Below are positions 1 through 10,095 of a stretch of 64,000 nt of DNA, piece after piece (positions within the stretch are counted from its first letter, which is position 1; each line of letters starts with the position of its first letter). The stretch spans positions 112,444 through 176,443 of IMG/VR virus record IMGVR_UViG_3300028591_000003. One strand, given 5' to 3'. Source of the DNA: a virus (Duplodnaviria; Caudoviricetes). Below the pieces are notes generated by a model, which saw only the letters and a list, made by a program, of their open reading frames with translations, searched no databases and had not been told where the DNA came from. The position numbers and the translations under genes were made by a program.

Positions 1-71
1 CAGAATGTCCTAGAATAACAATAGCACAAGCTGAAGCTGGATAGATAGGTTTAATAGAAGAATATATGTAA
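1..71 (+). CDS. 3' end of upstream gene (partial), possibly a paralog of the following LRR protein
   Basis: Frame from nt 3 reads ECPRITIAQAEAG(TAG=Q)IGLIEEYM-TAA. Confidence 0.55.
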
Positions 72-162
72 TTACGGCAAACTTTCTGAATAATACGACA
101 ATATAAAGAATTTTGTTGTTCATTATAATTATAACAAATTAATTCAAACATTTAATAATATT

Positions 163-1185
163 ATGACACATTTAAGAATAGAATAGAATGAAGGCGTAGT
201 AGAATATGTTGATTCTTCTGTTGTAGAAGAACTATATGATAAATCTAAAAATTCTTCTAATAATTTTATAGGAACAATCAATGTACCTGCTTGTTATAAA
301 GAATAGGCTTTATATTTGACAACTACGTATCCTAATTTTCATATATAGTCACAAGATTATTGGGTTTGGTTTTAGGATAAAGAATTCGAAACTTATATTT
401 CTGGCATAGCCGGATCTGGGGGACATATAACTGAAACTCAAGCTAAATAGGTTACATCTTGGTACTACACGTTTAGAAATAGCTTTTAGAACAAAGAATT
501 TGAATATGTAGATTTTTCGTCATTTACGAATATGAAAAGTATTTATCTTAATACTAATTCTAATGATATAATAAACTATTGTAAATTCAACATTCTTAAT
601 TTCGGTAATATAGAATCGGCAGTTAATGGCGATTATATTATGAATTAGAGTTTTAATGCCAGAATTGCTAACGAAACATATGCTAAAATTATAATTGGTG
701 AAAATATAAAAGCTATTGCTGATTATGCTACACGTTCGCTCGGTTTCGAAGAAGCATATTTCCCAAATTTAGAATATCTTGGTAATGGTACAGGATCGGC
801 TTATGGTACAGCTAATGGTATTTCATATCACAGAAAATTTATATTTGTAGGAGATAAATTAAAAGCTTTAGGAAGTCCTTTTTCAGAGAGTAATTAGGAA
901 GATAATGGTGGAATTTTTGTGTTAACCGCAACTACTCCGCCAAAATGGCAAAGCTGGAATAATGGTGCAAAAACAACTGAAGGCACTGATAAAACAGCAG
1001 TACCATCAGTTTATGTACTCGGTGCTTATACATACTACGTACCCGATTCGGCGATAGAAAACTATAAAACAGAATTCGTATGGAGTACTATTGCTACAAT
1101 GTTTAATGGAACAAGATTAAAACCTCTTTCAGAACTTCCAGATTAGTATAAAGAAAAAATAAGTAAATGGTATACTTTTGAATAA
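163..1185 (+). CDS. BspA-like leucine-rich-repeat protein, putative fibre/receptor-binding protein (340 aa, TAG=Gln)
   Basis: ATG 163 (MTHLRIEQN) is open to TAA 1183-1185 when TAG is read through. Degenerate LRR_5-like units (IIGENIKAIADYA, FPNLEYLG) and a C-terminal LTATTPP...YVPDSAIENYK...W segment typical of BspA-like proteins. Confidence 0.7.
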
Positions 1186-1189
1186 TTAT

Positions 1190-1468
1190 ATGAAAAAATT
1201 TTATAATTGGATAATAAATATTCCAAAAGATAAATTATTACACTTAGATATAGAAATGTTAATTACACTTGTTTCTATAGTAATATTTAAACTTTTTGGA
1301 TGTGGATTAGAGTCATGTGCTTATGGATGGCTCGTAGGATTTTTATTCGGAATCGGAAAAGAAATTTATGACGAAATAAAATATAAATCGTCAACTTCTT
1401 CTGATTGGTTTGCTGATGTAATCAGTTGTACTTTTATTAGTATTTGTGCTTTATTGTTATTACTATAA
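1190..1468 (+). CDS. Small integral membrane protein (VanZ/DUF2279-like DKxxH...KE...D motifs)
   Basis: DKLLH, GIGKEIYD and DWFAD motifs with three hydrophobic segments. ATG at 1190 follows the upstream stop. Confidence 0.7.
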   Translation: MKKFYNWIINIPKDKLLHLDIEMLITLVSIVIFKLFGCGLESCAYGWLVGFLFGIGKEIYDEIKYKSSTSSDWFADVISCTFISICALLLLL

Positions 1469-1470
1469 TT

Positions 1471-1500
1471 AAAGAGAGTCAGAAATGGCTCTCTTTTTTT
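1471..1500 (+). terminator. Rho-independent terminator
   Basis: AAAGAGAGTCA-GAAA-TGGCTCTCTTT stem followed by a T-run, just after a stop codon. Confidence 0.85.
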
Positions 1501-1638
1501 GTTACTAAATGTAACTATCTGATAATCAATAAGTTAAAAAATTTTTAGTAATGTTTTCTCATTTATAAGGTCATAAATAATTTAATTTTAGTTGCAACTA
1601 GATACTTTATTTAAAATTAAAACTAAAATTATTTATTT

Positions 1639-2613
1639 ATGTCTGAAACAAAAGTTTTTAATGTTCCCGATGGAAACAACAGTATTAATCCTGCCTTAAT
1701 GTTAGCACTTTCTCAAAACGGAGGTTTTGGTAATGGAATGAATTGGATGTGGCCTATGTTTCTTTTCTTTATGTTCCCTTGGATGTTCAACGGAGGATTT
1801 GGTGGATTCGGAGGCTTCGGTGGAGCAGGAAATGTTATGGGAACTGGATTCTTATCAAATCAATTAAACAATGATGCTGGTAGAGATTTACTTTTACAAG
1901 CAATCAATGGTAGAGCAGATTCATTAAATCAATTAGCAGGTATTCTTAATACTAGTGTAAGCCAAGTTTAGAATGGTGTAAATGCTATTCAATCAGCTAT
2001 TCAGAGTGTAGGTGCTCAAGTTGGTATGTCTGGACAGCAAGTTATTAATTCTATTTAGAATGGAAATGCAGCTCTTAGTCAACAATTATGTAATTGTTGC
2101 TGTGAAAATAGATTAGCTATTGCAAATCAAACTAATGCTATTCAGGCTCAAGCTGCTGCTAATCATTCTGATGCTATTCTACTTGCTTCTTAGAATCATG
2201 CTGCTGATCAATTACAAAATGCACAAATTGAAGCTGCAGATCAATTAGCTGTTTGCCAGTAGACTAATACTCTTACTAATTAGTCTGATAGAAATACTAA
2301 TAGTATTCTTAATGCTATTGCTGGTCAGAATACACTCATTACAAAAGAGTTCTGTGACCTTAAAGAAAGAGAATTACAAAATAAGATTAATACCCAAGGC
2401 GATATTATTACTCAGTTAAGAAATCAAATTAGCAACGATCATCAAACTCTCCAGTTTAATGCTGCTTTCCATGCTCTTGATGACAAGATCGATGCTATTG
2501 CTGCAAAACAGCCAAATACTGTTCCTGTTCAGTGGCCTAATCTTATCGGTGTAAATGCTACTCCTTATATCGGAGGAGCTTGGGGTTATGGACAAACTAA
2601 TTTTTGGAATTAA
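1639..2613 (+). CDS. Hypothetical protein with Gly/Phe-rich hydrophobic N-terminal region, Q/N/A-rich coiled coil and CNCCC motif (324 aa, TAG=Gln)
   Basis: Translated by hand through five TAGs to TAA 2611-2613. Contains WMWPMFLFFMFPWMF, GGFGGFGGFGG and LCNCCCENR. Confidence 0.85.
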
Positions 2614-2634
2614 TTAAAAATAGGAGGAAAGAAT

Positions 2635-2973
2635 ATGTTTGGAGCAACAACTAATTATCCATTTAATTTTGCAAATAAAATGGGAATACCTATGATTGAA
2701 AGTAGTTCAGTTAATGTTACAGATACTAATGTTGTAATTAATATTCCAAGTAGAGCATTTAGATTTCTTAGTGGAACTGGATTGATTCTATTTAGATTAA
2801 ATACTGAAATTACTAATACCACTCTTCCCATTCTATTCTCTTCAAATGAATTTACTCAACCTCTTACTTTAGTAGGAGGTACTGCTGCAACAGGTACAGA
2901 TATTTCTGCAGTTGGTGTTTATATTATTTATTATGATAAAAACGCTAACTTAATGTAGTTAATAAATATATAA
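2635..2973 (+). CDS. Hypothetical beta-rich protein (112 aa)
   Basis: AGGAGG upstream. TAG 2956 reads through to TAA 2971-2973, which overlaps the next ATG (TAATG). Confidence 0.8.
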
Positions 2974-3437
2974 TGTTTTCAGCATTAACTTAGGGAAGTT
3001 CTGTCTATATATTAGACAAAACTTCCTCTCCTAAATATTCAATAGGAGAAGTTGTTGGAGTAAGTTAGCCTAAAATTAATTTTAATGGTTAGTCTACTGT
3101 AGATTTAAGAGTTAATGTGGATAATACTACATAGGAATTCAGTAACTTATTAAGCATTAATAGTATAAATACCTATAATGGAGGAAAAGTTATTATTAGT
3201 GAAACTAAATAGGGAATTCAAAACGAAGTAGAATCTATACTTGAAAATAGTAAGAAAATTATTGATAATATAGATGTTTATAAGTAGAATATTTCGGATT
3301 GTGAAGAAATTCTTAAGTAGTTAAATCCACAATTTGCTAAAGATAAGGAAAGAGACGATAGACTATTAAATTTAGAAAATAGATTTGATGGTGTCGAATC
3401 TAAATTGGATAAAATTTTTAACTTAATATAGAAATGA
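2973..3437 (+). CDS. Hypothetical protein with C-terminal coiled coil (154 aa, TAG=Gln), absent from the ORF track
   Basis: MFSALT(Q)GSSVYILDK...LNPQFAKDKERDDRLLNLE...TGA, translationally coupled at both ends. Confidence 0.8.
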
Positions 3438-3646
3438 TAGTATTAGAAGTAACTGAGGATAAATATGGCAAACTTATGAAAGCTGTTTCTGAAATTGGAA
3501 AGCATTCTGAATGCCTTGCTGCTATATTTGAAGATTTAACTGAAGATTCCGAATATGACGAAAGAATGGGAAATCGTAAGCATTATGACGATGATGATAT
3601 GTACGGTTCTCGCTATGGCAGTCGTCGTGGTGGTAGACGTTATTAA
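3434..3646 (+). CDS. Hypothetical protein with acidic and RG-rich tail
   Basis: ORF track; ATGA overlap with the upstream gene. Confidence 0.8.
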   Translation: MIVLEVTEDKYGKLMKAVSEIGKHSECLAAIFEDLTEDSEYDERMGNRKHYDDDDMYGSRYGSRRGGRRY

Positions 3647-3648
3647 TC

Positions 3649-4044
3649 ATGACTAGAAAACCTCTTGATTATTACGACGATAGACCTACTTCAATGAAAA
3701 GATATTTAAAATATTACGGACAACACTTTAATAAAAAACTTTGTGAATTTGCTATTTCTAAAATGGATCATGGAAAAACTCCTGTTACAAAAGATAAAGT
3801 GGATGAAATACTTAGTAAATATAATATTAATTTAGAATATAATGAATTATATGACTATGTATATGTCTATAATATGGGAAATAATGATTTTCTAGGAAGT
3901 AGTATTCCAGATGAGAAACATTTAGCATTATATGTAAAAGATGTTATTGACGATAAAGATGGATATGATGGAATTGTATTCAATAGATGGTATGCTGATA
4001 CAGTAACTTCTGGAACTCCTATTGAATGGGAAGAAATGTTATGA
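3649..4044 (+). CDS. Hypothetical protein
   Basis: 131-aa ORF tightly packed in the operon. Confidence 0.85.
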   Translation: MTRKPLDYYDDRPTSMKRYLKYYGQHFNKKLCEFAISKMDHGKTPVTKDKVDEILSKYNINLEYNELYDYVYVYNMGNNDFLGSSIPDEKHLALYVKDVIDDKDGYDGIVFNRWYADTVTSGTPIEWEEML

Positions 4045-4439
4045 TTAAAGATTCTTTTTCAATTCATGACTGGGAAGTAACTATATTGTATGAATGTACT
4101 TGTGATGATATTGATTATATAATTGAAACTTTAGAAGGAATTTATTGTCCTAAAAAATATATAAAAGAAGCAATAGAAAATTTAGAAACTTGTAATTTAA
4201 ATATAGGCTTAACATATTCAAATTTAAAAATAAAAAGTTCTGTTATAGTAGTTAATAAAACAAGTTCATTTGCTCAATTAATAAATACAATTTCACATGA
4301 ATATTTTCATTTAATATATCATATTGCAAAGGCATTTAAGATTAAAGATGAAGAAGAATTAGCTTATTTAAATGGAGATTTAAATATGCGTTCTTATAAA
4401 TTTGTAGAAAAATTAAATAAAAAAGTAGGTTCTTATTAA
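4041..4439 (+). CDS. Putative zincin-like metallopeptidase (HExxH)
   Basis: TISHEYFH followed by EEELAY. Start placed at ATG 4041 (ATGA overlap). Confidence 0.7.
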   Translation: MIKDSFSIHDWEVTILYECTCDDIDYIIETLEGIYCPKKYIKEAIENLETCNLNIGLTYSNLKIKSSVIVVNKTSSFAQLINTISHEYFHLIYHIAKAFKIKDEEELAYLNGDLNMRSYKFVEKLNKKVGSY

Positions 4440-4456
4440 GAATCTACTTTTTTTTT
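4419..4456 (+). terminator. Rho-independent terminator
   Basis: AAAAGTAGGTTCTT-ATT-AAGAATCTACTTTT followed by a long T-run. Confidence 0.85.
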
Positions 4457-4511
4457 GGTCTTATCTTAATATATAATATTTTTGAATAAAAGATCTAAAT
4501 TTATAATAAAT

Positions 4512-4607
4512 ATGGCTAGACCAAAACCGTTATCTCACAAACCTGGAATTAGTAAGGGTAAACCTTATGGAAAAGGAGGTAGAGTTGGGAAATAGACTTC
4601 TAAATAA
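4512..4607 (+). CDS. Small basic peptide (31 aa) with YGKGG motif
   Basis: MARPKPLSHKPGISKGKPYGKGGRVGK(Q)TSK-TAA. Overlaps the next ORF by 41 nt. Confidence 0.45.
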
Positions 4608-4953
4608 GATCTTTCTTATTTATACTAAATATATTCCACATATAGTTGCAATTTTATACGCAATTTATACTTTATTAGGATTTTATGGAATAGATTGGAA
4701 TTTAATGGGATGTGTATTTCATGTATCATTGTTAATTTGGATACAACTTTTATTCACATCATTTAGATTCAAATATTGTTATGTTCATAGACTTCCAATA
4801 TATTATATTGGATTAAATGAATTAATAACTTGTGTAGATTATTATATCGGAATTCCCATATCTGAATTTAATTTATTAGTTATTCATATACTTTTTATTT
4901 GTTTAATGATTATAGGGTATTCTTTTTATTACGTTAAATTTAAATTAAAATGA
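4567..4953 (+). CDS. Multi-pass membrane protein
   Basis: About four hydrophobic segments in 128 aa. Confidence 0.75.
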   Translation: MEKEVELGNRLLNKIFLIYTKYIPHIVAILYAIYTLLGFYGIDWNLMGCVFHVSLLIWIQLLFTSFRFKYCYVHRLPIYYIGLNELITCVDYYIGIPISEFNLLVIHILFICLMIIGYSFYYVKFKLK

Positions 4954-5342
4954 AATTTATTCAACGATTAGGAGGACCTTGCTATTCAGTTTCTGATAAT
5001 ATTATTCCTCCCGTTACAGAATATTAGAAAATATTAAATATGCTTGCGGAATCCGGATATACAAATGATTATAAATTATTTACAAATGGAACTTATGTTT
5101 GGATAGAAGGAACAAACAATGATAATTAGATAAAGGCTATTGTATTAGCTGATGAAAATTCTTACCTAACTCCAACAATAGCAGGAGATTCGGAAAATAA
5201 AGTAATTTCATCATTAACTTAGGTAGAAGGTACAGTTAATCTTTAGCTCTTTATTGGAAAGAATGTAAGTTTTTATATACCTAATTATACAGGTTCTTTT
5301 ATAGATAAAAAAATTAGGGAACAAAACTTATCGGAAGAATAA
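4950..5342 (+). CDS. Hypothetical protein (130 aa, TAG=Gln)
   Basis: ATGA overlap. MKFIQRLGGPCY... is open through four TAGs to TAA 5340-5342. Confidence 0.7.
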
Positions 5343-5346
5343 TATC

Positions 5347-5631
5347 ATGTTGAATATATTAAAAACTTTATTGTTATAGTTATTAAATGACATCGATTCT
5401 GAAAATTCAAATATATCAGAAGATGAATAGTAGTAGATTATTGAATTATTTTAGAAAATAAATTCTAAAGAGTTATCTAAAATAGAATCTGCTAACTATA
5501 TTGGAGTTTCTAGAGCTACTTTTGATAATTATATAGCGAAAGGATTAATTCCGAAAGGAAAGAAACGGCAAGGTTTCAAAGAACTTTCTTGGAATAAAAA
5601 TGATTTAGACAAATTTCTCAGAATGTCCTGA
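5347..5631 (+). CDS. Helix-turn-helix DNA-binding protein, excisionase/AlpA-like (94 aa, TAG=Gln)
   Basis: LSKIESANYIGVSRATFDNYIAKGLIPKG...LSWNKNDLDKF. Contains TAG-TAG-TAG at 5428-5436. Confidence 0.8.
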
Positions 5632-5654
5632 GAATTTAAAAATATTTAAAAATT

Positions 5655-6680
5655 ATGAATATAGGTATTAATGATTTAGATGATGATGATTTCGGTATGG
5701 GATTTGAACCATCAAGTTAGACTCCTCCTCCAGGTTAGGAACCTCGACATTAGGAGCACGACGATGATGATGATTTCTTATCAGATTTTTTGAAAACTAG
5801 AGGTATAGATGATCCTTCTAAAATCAAATTTGAAGGAGATGATGGAGGTATAGAAGAAAGAGATTGGAATTCTTTATCAAAAGAAGAGAAAATTAACATT
5901 TTAAATACTCCTCTAGAAACTCATGAAGATAATAAGTCTAATGAATTAACTTAGGAAGAAATTGATTTTATTAATCAAATTAGACAATCTAATCTAACTC
6001 CTAATCAATTCGTAGAAGGAATTAAAAATCAACAAGTTTAGATAGAACCTCAATATAAAGTAGATGATTTATCAGACGATGAATTATTTTTACTAGACTT
6101 AGAATCTAGAGTTGGAGATCTATCTGAAGAAGCAGAAGCTTAGGCATTAGCAAATGCTAAGCAAAATGAAGATTTATTTAAAAAACAAGTAGAAGGAATT
6201 CGTAGAGAATATAAAGAAAGAGAAGATTATGAGACTCAGAGGGAAGAAGCTAGAGTTGAACAAGAAAAACAAGAAGCTTATAATCAATTCTAGGATACTG
6301 TTATTGAGTCTATAAACCAATTTAATAGTATTGGAAATTTAGATTTAAACTTTGATGATTCAGATAGAGAAGAACTTGCATAGTTTATGTTATCTAGAGA
6401 TGAAGCTGGAAATAACTATTTGTGGTAGGCTTTATAGGACCCAGAAACTTTAGTGAAAGCTGCTTGGTTTATTCTTAATGGGGAAGAGGCCTTAAATGGA
6501 ATTTCAGATTATTTTGTAAAGTAGATCAAATTGGTTTCAGATAACCAATACAAAAAAGGTTTTGAAGAAGGAAAAAATGGATAGACTCCTTCCAGACCTT
6601 AGGTAGTTATTAGTAAAAATAATAAACAAATAAATCGTCCATCTTATAAAACAATAGAAGATCTAGATGATGACGATTGA
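5655..6680 (+). CDS. Acidic protein upstream of the major capsid gene, putative scaffolding protein (341 aa, TAG=Gln)
   Basis: ATG 5655 to TGA 6678-6680 in one frame, very D/E-rich and helical. Function inferred from position. Confidence 0.7.
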
Positions 6681-6700
6681 TATAATGGATAATAGAATAT

Positions 6701-7243
6701 ATGAAAATTGCTTCATTTACTTCTAATATCCCCACAATGGGTGATACTAGAACTTATGAGGACTTTTATAAGTACCTTGGATTTAAACCTCAACGTCTTG
6801 GTGTTGTATCAAGAATGTATGATGATTTAACAGCTTCATTCCTTACTGAATCTTTAAAGAATATTTTCTATCAAGATGCTAAAGGAAGCGGTAACAAATA
6901 TCAAAGTATTAATGCTTTAGCATATGACTGGGATATAACTAGCAACTATATCAAAAGAATTGAATTTGCAGCAGTACCTGAAGGTGATGGTGCAGGTGGT
7001 ACAGAAATTGTAATGGCTTTCAGAGAAAGATATTACGAAAAGTATGATACCTTCAAAATTGAAAATTCTGGTCAATAGTGTATGGTAGTAGGTCGTCCTG
7101 TAAGAAAGGGAGATAATTATTGGGAAGTAGTAGTAAGATTAGTTGATAATAACTATGATACTGTTCTTGATGTAAGTGCTTGTCAACCTGGCGACAAAAC
7201 ACGTTGGATTAGTGCTCATATGCCCGAATTACACGAGGAGGGT
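6701..7243 (+). CDS. Major capsid protein, exon 1
   Basis: ORF pieces 6701-7078 and 7082- join through one TAG and end ...PELHEEG at the 5' splice site. Joined to exon 2 this gives 476 aa, a size and position that fit a crAss-like MCP. Confidence 0.85.
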
Positions 7244-8231
7244 TTAGAAATCCTAGCCATTGGTATGGCTCTCCTCCGCTTAGTTGCTTAAGTGTAAAAT
7301 TAAATAAATATTCTTAATTGCTGGAAAGCTAAGTCTTTTAAGATACGCTAATCAGCAGCGAAGCCTAAGATAACATGAACTCATAGAGAGATGCTTAGGA
7401 ACGTTCATCGACTAGTCTGAATAGACGTAGGAGAAGAATACTCCGAAATGGAATAAATCTAAAATTTAAATATGGAAAAATATATTGTATATCAAACAAC
7501 TAATAAAATTAATAATAAAATTTATATTGGAGTTCATTGTACTAATAATCCTGATGGATTTGATGGTTATATAGGTTGTGGAGTAAGAATTACTCAACCT
7601 TGTACTTATATGAATCCTAAAACTCCTTTTCAATATGCTGTTAAAAAATATGGAACAGGAGCCTTTATTAGGACAACGTTAGCTAAATTTGATACAGAAG
7701 AAGAAGCTTTTGAATTAGAGAAAAAAATTGTTAATGAAGAATTTTTAAGACGAGCAGATGTATATAATTTAGTTGAAGGTGGAAAATTTCATATAACACA
7801 TCAAACTCCAATATATATGTATGACTTAGAAGGAAATTTTGAAATGGAATTTAAAGGGATTAATGAAGCAGTAAGATATGTAAATCCTGACCATAATCAA
7901 AGAGGAGGAAGTCATATAATAAGAGCAATAAATCAAGGTCATCAATATCATGGACACCAATTTTCTTATGAAAAGGTTGAAAAATTAAAAAATTTAACTA
8001 AACATAGAAAAATGTCTACTGTTGAAAGACCTTATGTTGGAGGAAAAGTTGGAAGATATGATGATGATGGAAATCTCTTAGAGACATTTGAAACAATGAC
8101 AGATTGTGTTAAAGCTGGATATAAAAATGCTAAATTAGTAGCTTTAGGACAAAGAGAACATTGTAAAGGATTCGTATTTAAATATTTAGATTAAGATATA
8201 GTCAGGCGACGTGGAAACACGATCGGTTATG
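7244..8231 (+). mobile_element. Group I self-splicing intron (IA-like) in the major capsid gene
   Basis: Exon ends in U and intron ends in G. P1: GAGGAGGGU pairs with GCUCUCCUC (7268-7276). Core elements: P AATTGCTGGAAA 7316-7327, Q AATCAGCAG 7350-7358, R GTTCATCGACTA 7403-7414, S AAGATATAGTC 8193-8203. P9 CGTG-GAAA-CACG 8210-8221. Splicing restores the frame (EEG|YTKW). Confidence 0.93.
7472..8194 (+). CDS. Intron-encoded GIY-YIG homing endonuclease with two NUMOD1-like repeats
   Basis: YIVYQTTNKINNKIYIGVH...GYIGCG...EEEAFELE...YN. Repeats PIYMYDLEGNFEMEF and VGRYDDDGNLLETF. Lies in the P8 loop. Confidence 0.92.
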   Translation: MEKYIVYQTTNKINNKIYIGVHCTNNPDGFDGYIGCGVRITQPCTYMNPKTPFQYAVKKYGTGAFIRTTLAKFDTEEEAFELEKKIVNEEFLRRADVYNLVEGGKFHITHQTPIYMYDLEGNFEMEFKGINEAVRYVNPDHNQRGGSHIIRAINQGHQYHGHQFSYEKVEKLKNLTKHRKMSTVERPYVGGKVGRYDDDGNLLETFETMTDCVKAGYKNAKLVALGQREHCKGFVFKYLD

Positions 8232-9119
8232 TATACAAAATGGCAATCTAATGTAGAAAAACACCGTGGTTATATACAGACCCACAGATTTGACGCTTCT
8301 TATTCAGCACAGTATGCTGCATTAGAAGATGTATTTATTAAAATTTCAGAAGGTAAAGATTAGGGTAGTCTAACTGAAACTATTTATAAAATGGATACAG
8401 TTTAGAAGAACTTACTTGAAACCTTCCTTACAGGACGTAACCAAGCTTTACTTTTCTCTAAAGGAAACGTAAATCCTCAAACAGAAAAGCCTACTATAGT
8501 TGATCCTGATACTAATAGACCTATTTACATTTCAGATGGACTTATTCCTCAAGTAGAAGCTTATGCAAGTAAATATGCTTACAATAAACTTACTATAAAT
8601 GTATTTAAGACTGCTTTACAAGCACTTAATGAAAAAGCAGAAAAGCCTACTGGAAACCACTATATGTTTATTGTCAACGAAAAAGCTTGGTATGACCTAC
8701 AAGATGTATTAGATACATACTTAGCACAATATCATACTGATGGAACTTATCTTTGGTCTGCTAAGGCAGGAGATTATGTTTCTGTAGGTGCTAAAGGATT
8801 CGATACATATAATTACGGTGGAAATTCTATTAGCTTTAAAGTTGATAGAACATTCTCTCGTGAATATGGTTATCAAAAAGGTTATATGTTAGCATTAGAT
8901 TTAACAGCAGACAAGACTTCTGCTCAACCTCCTATTGCATTATTTACTTTAAAGGGTGGAGATATGATCTCTAACAAATATATTGGTGTAGGTGGATTGA
9001 ACGGATTATCTTCTGGTGAAGTTTCTTCACCTGTAGCTGGTTCTAAACTAATTATGTGGGGATATTCAAGCTTAGCTGTATTTAATCCTTACAGATCGTA
9101 TGTTATGAGAGAGCTTTGA
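8232..9119 (+). CDS. Major capsid protein, exon 2
   Basis: YTKWQSNVEKHRGYIQTHRFDASYS..., same frame as ORF 8664-9119, with two TAG codons and a TGA stop. Confidence 0.85.
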
Positions 9120-9148
9120 TGCTTAAAATAATTGATTAATAATAGATA

Positions 9149-9190
9149 ATGACTAGACAACCACTCAATTGTGCTTGTCTAGTCATATTT
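9149..9190 (+). terminator. Stem-loop after the MCP gene (terminator or mRNA stabiliser)
   Basis: ATGACTAGACAA...TTGTCTAGTCAT perfect 12-bp arms, followed by ATTTT. Confidence 0.7.
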
Positions 9191-9220
9191 TAAAATTTTT
9201 ATATGTTAATAAGAAATAAT

Positions 9221-10087
9221 ATGGCAGAAAGTAAAAAAGAAATTGATTTATCTTCAAAAATCATACTTAGAAGTGTACGTGGTAAAGTAGGAAATGTAAT
9301 AAAAATTCAACCTTGTGTAGATCCTGAAACTGGAGAATATGCAGATTGTGTTAAGAGAGTAGATTCTAACAATGATATGATTCTCTCAGAAAAGGAGAAA
9401 AATGATCCCAATAGAGTATATTTTATAAAAGAAACAGCAACATTTGATGTAGTTGATGGAACTACTTTCGATTTAACTGATACTAAACAAAGATTTATTT
9501 GGGAAGCTATTCGTCATTGTCCGTTAATTGCTCCAGAATATTATGCTAAGGACAAAAATGGAAATTCATTAATTAACGGAACTCCTGGAGATTATACCTT
9601 AAAAGATTATTTAAATAGAAATCCAAGACGTTTTGGTATTGCAGAACTTTATGTTGAACGTCCTGGAGTTGAAGCTAATCGTAGAGTATCTCGTAAGAAA
9701 CTCAAACACGATGCTGAAACATATATTTATAATGATGAAAGAGGTTATGATGGAAGAGTACTTAAAACTAAGTTACTTGGACACAGAATGGATGGAATGG
9801 CAGATGCTGATGTAACAGATTATCTATTACAAGTTGCTGAAAAAGATCCTCAAAAGATTATTAATCTTTATACAGGAGGAGATTCAGCTGTTAGATTATT
9901 ATTTATAGAAGCTAGAGATAAAAAAGTCATTCGTTATAAAGATAAACTTTACATGTATGCAGATATACTTCTAGGAGCAACTGATGATGCTGCTATATTA
10001 TATCTAAAAGATCCTAAAAATGCTAATGTTTTAAAACTTATTAAAGAGGAAACTTTTCCTGAATTAATGGGTAAAAAAGAAAAATAA
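9221..10087 (+). CDS. Conserved protein downstream of MCP (crAss-like capsid module)
   Basis: Uninterrupted ORF with no TAG. Start at 9221 (alternative 9203). Confidence 0.8.
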   Translation: MAESKKEIDLSSKIILRSVRGKVGNVIKIQPCVDPETGEYADCVKRVDSNNDMILSEKEKNDPNRVYFIKETATFDVVDGTTFDLTDTKQRFIWEAIRHCPLIAPEYYAKDKNGNSLINGTPGDYTLKDYLNRNPRRFGIAELYVERPGVEANRRVSRKKLKHDAETYIYNDERGYDGRVLKTKLLGHRMDGMADADVTDYLLQVAEKDPQKIINLYTGGDSAVRLLFIEARDKKVIRYKDKLYMYADILLGATDDAAILYLKDPKNANVLKLIKEETFPELMGKKEK

Positions 10088-10095
10088 TTCTTAGC

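Noticed and set aside
7244-7291. C-terminal LEILAIGMALLRLVA of ORF 7082-7291 as a membrane anchor
   Set aside because: It is read-through into the intron's P1 region, not MCP sequence.
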